Positions 46,391 to 51,804 of a DNA stretch of 51,804 nucleotides are shown here, in pieces. Within the stretch, counting starts at the first letter, position 1. Every line of letters starts with the position of its first letter. A program made the translations under genes and the position numbers. Source of the stretch: a virus (Duplodnaviria > Caudoviricetes); the IMG/VR virus record IMGVR_UViG_3300034110_000722, positions 1-51,804 of that record, one strand, 5' to 3'. Below the pieces are notes generated by a model that was given only the letters and a program-made list of their open reading frames with translations, searched no databases and had not been told where the DNA came from.

Positions 46391-47103
46391 AGTGTCACCA
46401 CAGGTGCTTCAGCGATTAGACGAAGCAGTGTGTCGCGCTGTCTCAGTCGAGCATGAGCAGCAGCAGCATAAGCAGCACGAGCAGCAGTGTCAGCAGCACG
46501 AGCAGCATAAGCAGCAGCGCGAGCAGCAGCATCAGCAGCGCGAGCAGCAACATAAGCAGCAGCGCGAGCAGCAACATAAGCAGCAGCGCGAGCAGCAGCA
46601 TGAGCAGCAGCGCGAGCATCAGCATCAGCAGCGCGAGCAGCAGCATCAGCAGCGCGAGCAGCAGCGCGAGCAGCAGCGCGAGCAGCAGCAGCAGCGCGCG
46701 ACCATTCACCGCCTGCTGCGAGTTTGTCCATGCCAGCGATCACAGCGTCGATCTCGGGCATCTGCACGGGCAAGGCGCGCAACTCGCTCGCCAGAAAAGC
46801 CCAGTGTACCCGCGACAGATCCTTGCCGTCACAGCCGATCGCAGCAGGCAAACCAGCAAAGAAATGCTTGGCTTCAGCGGGCGGAAGTGCCTCAAAAATC
46901 CCTTCAGCGATCCGAAGCAAGGGTAGTGTCAGACCGAACTGCTCGATTGCCACCGTGGGGTCGCTGCTGTGGGACAGGCAACCGATGAAGCACCCGCGCC
47001 CGTTGTCCCAGTAGGTGCCCTGCACAACCTGATCGGCTGCAACGTGTGCTGCGACCTGAGCGGTGAGGACGTCGAAATTCTTGGTGAGTATGCTGGTGGT
47101 CAT
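46387..47103 (-). CDS. hypothetical protein with Ala-rich repeat
   Basis: AGGAG RBS; 'QGTYW..GRGCFIGC'; (AARAA)n encoded at ~46450-46700. Confidence 0.75.
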   Translation of the reverse strand: MTTSILTKNFDVLTAQVAAHVAADQVVQGTYWDNGRGCFIGCLSHSSDPTVAIEQFGLTLPLLRIAEGIFEALPPAEAKHFFAGLPAAIGCDGKDLSRVHWAFLASELRALPVQMPEIDAVIAGMDKLAAGGEWSRAAAAARAAARAAARAADAAARAADADARAAAHAAARAAAYVAARAAAYVAARAADAAARAAAYAARAADTAARAAYAAAAHARLRQRDTLLRLIAEAPVVTL

Positions 47104-47116
47104 AGTGTGTCTCCTG

Positions 47117-47464
47117 TTAGTTGGTTGCGAGCCATTGGGCGATATGAGCGGGTGCTGTGAATGAACCATTCCGGGTCTGGACGGTAGCCCTTCCGCCGAT
47201 CGGGGCCAGCAGCACACCAGTGATCCCCAGCATCTGAGCAACCGAGCCGAGTGGGGCACCTGTTGCGGTTGTGCAGGTCTGAGCCTGCATCGTCAGAGCG
47301 CGCTCACCTATCTCAAGCACCGTTCGGGCTGCGTCGATGTGAGCCTTTCGGACGTTGACCATATCAGGGTGGTCGAAATCATAGCCCTTCCACGATCCGG
47401 CGCGCTGCCGATGTTCAAATGTTGCGCGTGCAGCGCGTTCGACAAGTGCTTCACTTATCAGCAT
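47117..47464 (-). CDS. hypothetical protein
   Basis: AGGAG RBS before ATG 47464. Confidence 0.5.
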   Translation of the reverse strand: MLISEALVERAARATFEHRQRAGSWKGYDFDHPDMVNVRKAHIDAARTVLEIGERALTMQAQTCTTATGAPLGSVAQMLGITGVLLAPIGGRATVQTRNGSFTAPAHIAQWLATN

Positions 47465-47743
47465 GTCTGTCTCCTGTGAGTCGCAACACTCTTACACGAT
47501 GGTAAGTTTTAATCAACCGAAAAATATGTAGCGCTGCGGCGGGCGGATCGACCCCCGGTATGGGGGTGGGGTGTCGCTTGTTACAGGTTGGTAGGTTTTT
47601 AGCGGTTGTTGCGGGTGAAAAATTTGTGTGGCGGTAAGTAGCAACATTATTGCGGGGCGGGGGGGTCATACGCAACATTATTGCGCAATCGCCGCAAGTC
47701 ATTGAATTTGTTGAGTTTTACCCATGTGGCCGCCTGGCTGGCA

Positions 47744-47962
47744 GCTGCTCGATCTGCTCAGGCTGCTCGATCTGCTCAGGCTGCTCGATCTGCTCAGGCT
47801 GCTCGATCTGCTCAGGCTGCTCGATCTGCTCGATCTGCTCAGGCTGCTCGATCTGCTCAGGCTGCTCGATCTGCTCAGGCTGCTCGATCTGCTCAGGCTG
47901 CTCGATCTGCTCAGGCTGCTCGATCTGCTCAGGCTGCTCGATCTGCTCAGGCTGCTCGATCT
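47744..47962. repeat. 18-bp tandem repeat (~12 copies, one with a 9-bp slip)
   Basis: GCTGCTCGATCTGCTCAG repeated in non-coding DNA. Confidence 0.97.
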
Positions 47963-48059
47963 AGCAGATGCAATCCCCTGCTATTGCAGCAATTGACGCA
48001 ATCAGGGCAAATTGCGCAATCCGCTGCAAGAATTAAGGTTGACTGCAATTGCGTTGCGG

Positions 48060-48351
48060 ATTGCTGCAAAATGCGGGATGCGGGAAGGTTGCGGCGATTG
48101 CTTTGCAAATCGCGTTGTCACAATTCACCTGACCCCAACTTTGTATGAGTTTAGGACGTATTCTGATAGTATACATTATTATATATTATTCATAAAGTGG
48201 GGAGTCAGGTATATTGAAAAGGTGTTAGATTCGCAATAACAGCGCTGCAATATGGTTCGATTGCAGTAAACCATAAACCTTGCGACGATTGCGACATACT
48301 TTTGTTCTATCAATCGCCGCAACCTTCCCGCATCCCGCATTTTGCAGCAAT
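48060..48351. repeat. 41-bp perfect inverted repeat enclosing an AT-rich core
   Basis: 48060-48100 ATTGCTGCAAAATGCGGGATGCGGGAAGGTTGCGGCGATTG is the reverse complement of 48311-48351. Confidence 0.95.
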
Positions 48352-48563
48352 ACCCTATAATCCCGCAACCTATAACCGCCACACTATGCAACGATTGCAG
48401 CAATCACATACAATTCACAAACTGCAATGAAAGGTTAAGAACAAGATTGCAGCAATCGCCAAAGATAGCGCTTGACGCATTGCGCCTATCGCGTCACTGT
48501 CTGGCAGTATGGTGCACCGCGCCGCAAGCACTAAGGCGCGCCGTGTGGAACGGAGTATCTGAG

Positions 48564-48953
48564 ATGCATGGACTCGTATATCAACGCATTGCAAACGCAT
48601 TGCAGGCAAGCGCTACGTGTGAAGCGCGCGGCAACATTGAATGGCGCGACATTTGGCAGAATAGGCTTGACGCTATAGAGCGCGACATCCTGCCGAGCGG
48701 TAGCGGATTCGATTCAGGCTCTCAAATTGACCGTGATAGCACAAACAAGCGAATCGTGATTGAAACCGCTTTTCACCACATGAATGAAAACGGCTACTAT
48801 GACGGATGGACTCACCATAAGGTAATCATCACGCCTTGCTTGTCCCATGGGTTTGAATTGCGCATCACGGGCAGGGACAGAAACGCAATCAAAGACCACA
48901 TCGCGGATTGTTTCTCTCACGCGTTGCGCTTGGACTACCCATGGCCGCAATGA
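48564..48953 (+). CDS. hypothetical early protein
   Basis: GGAG RBS; 'LPSGSGFDSG...FHHMNENGYYDGWT'. Confidence 0.7.
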   Translation: MHGLVYQRIANALQASATCEARGNIEWRDIWQNRLDAIERDILPSGSGFDSGSQIDRDSTNKRIVIETAFHHMNENGYYDGWTHHKVIITPCLSHGFELRITGRDRNAIKDHIADCFSHALRLDYPWPQ

Positions 48954-49072
48954 CTAACGCCCTAGCATGGCTTGTCCTGACAGTAGCAGGAATCGCCGCA
49001 ATTGTATCACTTGCCGACTCGCTTGTGCGGGCTTGGCATGCATGGGTTGACCTAACAGACGGAGAGTAACCT

Positions 49073-49636
49073 ATGGTACGGGTAATTGAGACTACACTCT
49101 ATGCATTCGACGAATTGAGCGATGAGGCAAAAGAGCAAGCACGCGATTGGTATCGCAACGCCGGTGACTGTTGGGGATGGGCAAGCGATTGGATTGCCAG
49201 CGCACAAGCCTTTGAGCGTATCGCGCCGATTAAGATTCGCGGATGGGACATTGAGCGCGGTAACGTGAATGTTGAGTGGTCCGGCCCCGATTACGCGTGC
49301 CGCTATGATCACTCCGACGCAATTGGCGAATTGTCAGGCTTGCGCGCTTGGAAGTGGCTGCAAAATAATGATTGGTTCAAGTGGGCGCACGATAACAAGC
49401 AAGGCGCGTGTAATATGACCGGCTATTGCGGCGATTGCCCGTTCGGAGATGCGATTGCAGCATATGCCGATAAGCCTTTGAGCGTGCCGGATCTTGAGCA
49501 GGTCTTCTATGAAGCTTGTCAGGCATGGGTGTATGCCGCGCGCGACGACTTGGAACACAGTTACAGCGACGAGTCAGTTGATGAGCATATCCGCATTAAC
49601 GAATATGAATTTACGGCTGAGGGAGATGCGGCATGA
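49073..49636 (+). CDS. hypothetical acidic early protein
   Basis: GGAG RBS; 'YAFDELSDEAKEQARDWY...SDESVDE.I..NEYEF..EG'. Confidence 0.75.
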   Translation: MVRVIETTLYAFDELSDEAKEQARDWYRNAGDCWGWASDWIASAQAFERIAPIKIRGWDIERGNVNVEWSGPDYACRYDHSDAIGELSGLRAWKWLQNNDWFKWAHDNKQGACNMTGYCGDCPFGDAIAAYADKPLSVPDLEQVFYEACQAWVYAARDDLEHSYSDESVDEHIRINEYEFTAEGDAA

Positions 49637-49971
49637 ACGGCAAGCGCAACAGGTGGTCCGTAACGTATGAAATTGTCACGCCTGAATCAGCTGAGCAAGG
49701 CGACGCGGAAGAGCGCGGCTATATCTCGCAAGGCGTGACATTGCGGGAAGCTATCACGGATTTATTCAGCACGCGAACAAGTCAATGCGAGGGCGTGACT
49801 GCAATTGAGGCAAACGACTCAGACGCAGCGCGCGCGCGATGGATTACGGTCTATAACGGCGATGAGTATCTTACAGGCGCGCGTGAGAATCGCAGTTTGC
49901 ATATGCCAGACAATTTGACATCTGCTAGCCGCGCGCGGCTTGTGCGATTGTTGGAGCGCGGGCAATGGTGA
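49633..49971 (+). CDS. hypothetical early protein
   Basis: 'TYEIVTPESAE.GDAEERG'; ATGA coupling. Confidence 0.7.
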   Translation: MNGKRNRWSVTYEIVTPESAEQGDAEERGYISQGVTLREAITDLFSTRTSQCEGVTAIEANDSDAARARWITVYNGDEYLTGARENRSLHMPDNLTSASRARLVRLLERGQW

Positions 49972-50150
49972 CAAACGCACAATGGGCCGTAGTGCCTGAC
50001 TTGCGCCCCTGGCGCGGTGACACAAGGCGTAATGCCGCGCCATACGTCCTGACTGACTCGCAGTTTTGGGACGGATACAACCTAGCGTGCTACGCAAAGC
50101 GCGAATTGAACAATCGCGGCATTGCCTGCTACGTGGAGCTACTGCAATGA
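49965..50150 (+). CDS. hypothetical early protein
   Basis: Coupled ORF. Confidence 0.5.
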   Translation: MVTNAQWAVVPDLRPWRGDTRRNAAPYVLTDSQFWDGYNLACYAKRELNNRGIACYVELLQ

Positions 50151-50362
50151 CCCTACTAACCGCAACACTCAGTCACCACTACACCCGCGCATCGATCGAA
50201 ACAATCAAGCGGCACGCATCATCTCAGCGCGGCTTGTGCCAGACTAGCGCGTTGCGCCTGCTACGCCGCAATGTTAGAGACGCGGCACCTGGCACGAATC
50301 GCGCGCTGCAATGGAGCACGGCGCGGCAAGTGTTGGAATTGATTCAGAGAGGTGAGGTATAG
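50147..50362 (+). CDS. hypothetical early protein
   Basis: GGAG RBS; ATGA overlap. Confidence 0.5.
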   Translation: MTLLTATLSHHYTRASIETIKRHASSQRGLCQTSALRLLRRNVRDAAPGTNRALQWSTARQVLELIQRGEV

Positions 50363-50364
50363 AC

Positions 50365-50757
50365 ATGACTCAGAAAGCGAACATCACGGCAATGCGTGAG
50401 ACATCGCGCAACATGTATCGAAAGGATGCGCTATCGCGTGAAATAGCCGTGCTAGATCCGTCCAATGGATACGCAATCGTCACCGCGCGGCTCTATTATC
50501 CGGGTAACACGGCCTATGCGTGCATCTGGATTAGCAGCACGTCCAAAACGCCTTACGCGCGCGGCACCGGCAAAGCTGGCGGATACGGCTATCATAAGGA
50601 AAGCGCTGCACTGTCTGAGGCTATCGCCGATGCGGGAATCAAACTGTCCGAATGCATCTCAGGACGAGGTGAACGCGCAATGCGCGATGCGTGTGAAGCA
50701 ATCGCCCGCGCTGTAACCGGCAAGCGGCGATTCATCGTGCATGAGGCGCACGCCTAG
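50365..50757 (+). CDS. hypothetical early protein
   Basis: GAGG RBS; 'GKAGGYGYHKESAAL..AI..AGI'. Confidence 0.7.
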   Translation: MTQKANITAMRETSRNMYRKDALSREIAVLDPSNGYAIVTARLYYPGNTAYACIWISSTSKTPYARGTGKAGGYGYHKESAALSEAIADAGIKLSECISGRGERAMRDACEAIARAVTGKRRFIVHEAHA

Positions 50758-50824
50758 CAGTGTCCTTCGCGTTGCGGCATGTGCGAGCGTGCTGCAATCG
50801 AATAGCATTGGAAAGGGTAACACT

Positions 50825-51544
50825 ATGACTCAGAAATACTATGACACGCACACGCCAGACGGTAAGTTTAGCTATCTGATTCCTGCTGATAGCAGTTTCC
50901 AAGCGCGGCAACGCGCAAGCGCTCGCACGCGCGGCAATGTCCCGTATATCGAATTTATGGCGATTGCGCGGGATGAGGTTAGGGTTGCACCTGTCCCCTT
51001 TGCGGGATTCTATAACAGCACGCACGATGATAACTTGCAGCAAGCGCTTGAGTCCCTTGCACAAGATGAGGGCGGCGAAACGATTGCCAGCGAATTGGAA
51101 CGCTTAGAGCGCAACATTCAATGGCGCGCTGCAATGCTCGCCTATGCGCAGCTGTATTGCGAGCGCTTGGCAGATGAAACAAGCGCGCAATGGGAATTTG
51201 CGAAGTTGGATTCACCGCGCGAATATAATTTTCGCACTGATGAAATTGACGTGACTGTCAGTCTGGCAGAATTGCAGCGAATGCTTGACGCGGTGGATCT
51301 TGCAGCGCTGCAAGCGCTTGCTACTGATAGGCTGTCACCGCACTCTGGATTCATTCCCTTCTATTCGTCCCAGGTTGACGATTGGGGCGCGCTAGAAGAT
51401 TGGGATTCTCCCCTGCTAGGCTTGCTCATCGAATGCTACTGCGATTCAATGGATCAGGACAGGGAAGCGCGCGATTGCTGGCTTGTTGACGATTGCAACA
51501 GCGATGTCACGGCATGCATAGAAGCGGGATTGCCAGCTGAGTAG
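50825..51544 (+). CDS. hypothetical acidic early protein
   Basis: 'PFAGFYNS...SPREYNF.TD.I...SGF..FY'. Confidence 0.7.
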   Translation: MTQKYYDTHTPDGKFSYLIPADSSFQARQRASARTRGNVPYIEFMAIARDEVRVAPVPFAGFYNSTHDDNLQQALESLAQDEGGETIASELERLERNIQWRAAMLAYAQLYCERLADETSAQWEFAKLDSPREYNFRTDEIDVTVSLAELQRMLDAVDLAALQALATDRLSPHSGFIPFYSSQVDDWGALEDWDSPLLGLLIECYCDSMDQDREARDCWLVDDCNSDVTACIEAGLPAE

Positions 51545-51574
51545 CGAATCCCGTTAAATCCCGCGCCCTGTAAT

Positions 51575-51610
51575 AAGCGCCGCGTCCCTAGTGGATTGCG
51601 GCGCTTTTTT
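51575..51610 (+). terminator. intrinsic terminator
   Basis: AAGCGCCGC...GCGGCGCTT followed by a T-run. Confidence 0.85.
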
Positions 51611-51661
51611 CATTGCGTGCCAAGCCTGGGAGATGAGTAACATGACAGACGGTTGACGCGC

Positions 51662-51804
51662 CAGGTCCGCTCAGGTCCGGCTGTAGCCGCGCATCCCGCT
51701 CAGGGCCGCTCAGGTCCGGCTGTAGCCGCGCATCCCGCTCAGGTCCGCTCAGGTCCGGCTGTAGCCGCGCATCCCGCTCAGGTCCGCTCAGGTCCGGCTG
51801 TAGC
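51662..51804. repeat. 39-bp tandem repeat array, continues at position 1
   Basis: Same unit as 1-138, with one single-base variant. Confidence 0.97.

Noticed and set aside
47650-48148. ORFs encoding (CSICSG)n, (AARSAQ)n and (LLDLLR)n
   Set aside because: They are by-products of the 18-bp repeat and have no convincing RBS.

Overview
The window looks like the complete, circularly permuted genome (~51.8 kb) of a siphovirus-like tailed phage. Both ends stop inside the same 39-bp tandem repeat. I see no integrase or CI-type repressor, so it is probably lytic; an alphaproteobacterial host is only an inference. Layout: (i) replication/modification region, 0.4-21.4 kb, with primase-helicase, SF2 helicase, VRR-NUC, DEDDh and PD-(D/E)XK exonucleases, SSB, MazG, family-B DNA polymerase, three methyltransferases, three paralogous HNH-like and two GIY-YIG-like endonucleases; (ii) minus-strand late region, 21.4-47.5 kb, with TerS, TerL, portal, scaffold, capsid, neck, tail tube, frameshifted chaperones, tape measure, tail tip, fibre and lysis genes; (iii) a compositionally distinct small-gene module, 48.5-51.5 kb, bracketed by repeat arrays, palindromes and a 41-bp inverted repeat. 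Top observation: six unrelated proteins (portal, scaffold, major capsid, a small head protein, tail tube, SSB) all start with a short leader ending in L-x-A-x-A-Y, and the genome encodes a stand-alone C39-like cysteine peptidase. Together these suggest an undescribed leader-peptide tagging or processing system. Also notable: an HNH cassette inserted at helicase Walker A that supplies a replacement N-terminus, an orphan wobble-diverged copy of part of the tail-tip gene, and tandem covarying hairpins in the capsid 5' UTR. All product calls come from motif recognition and synteny; no database searches were run.
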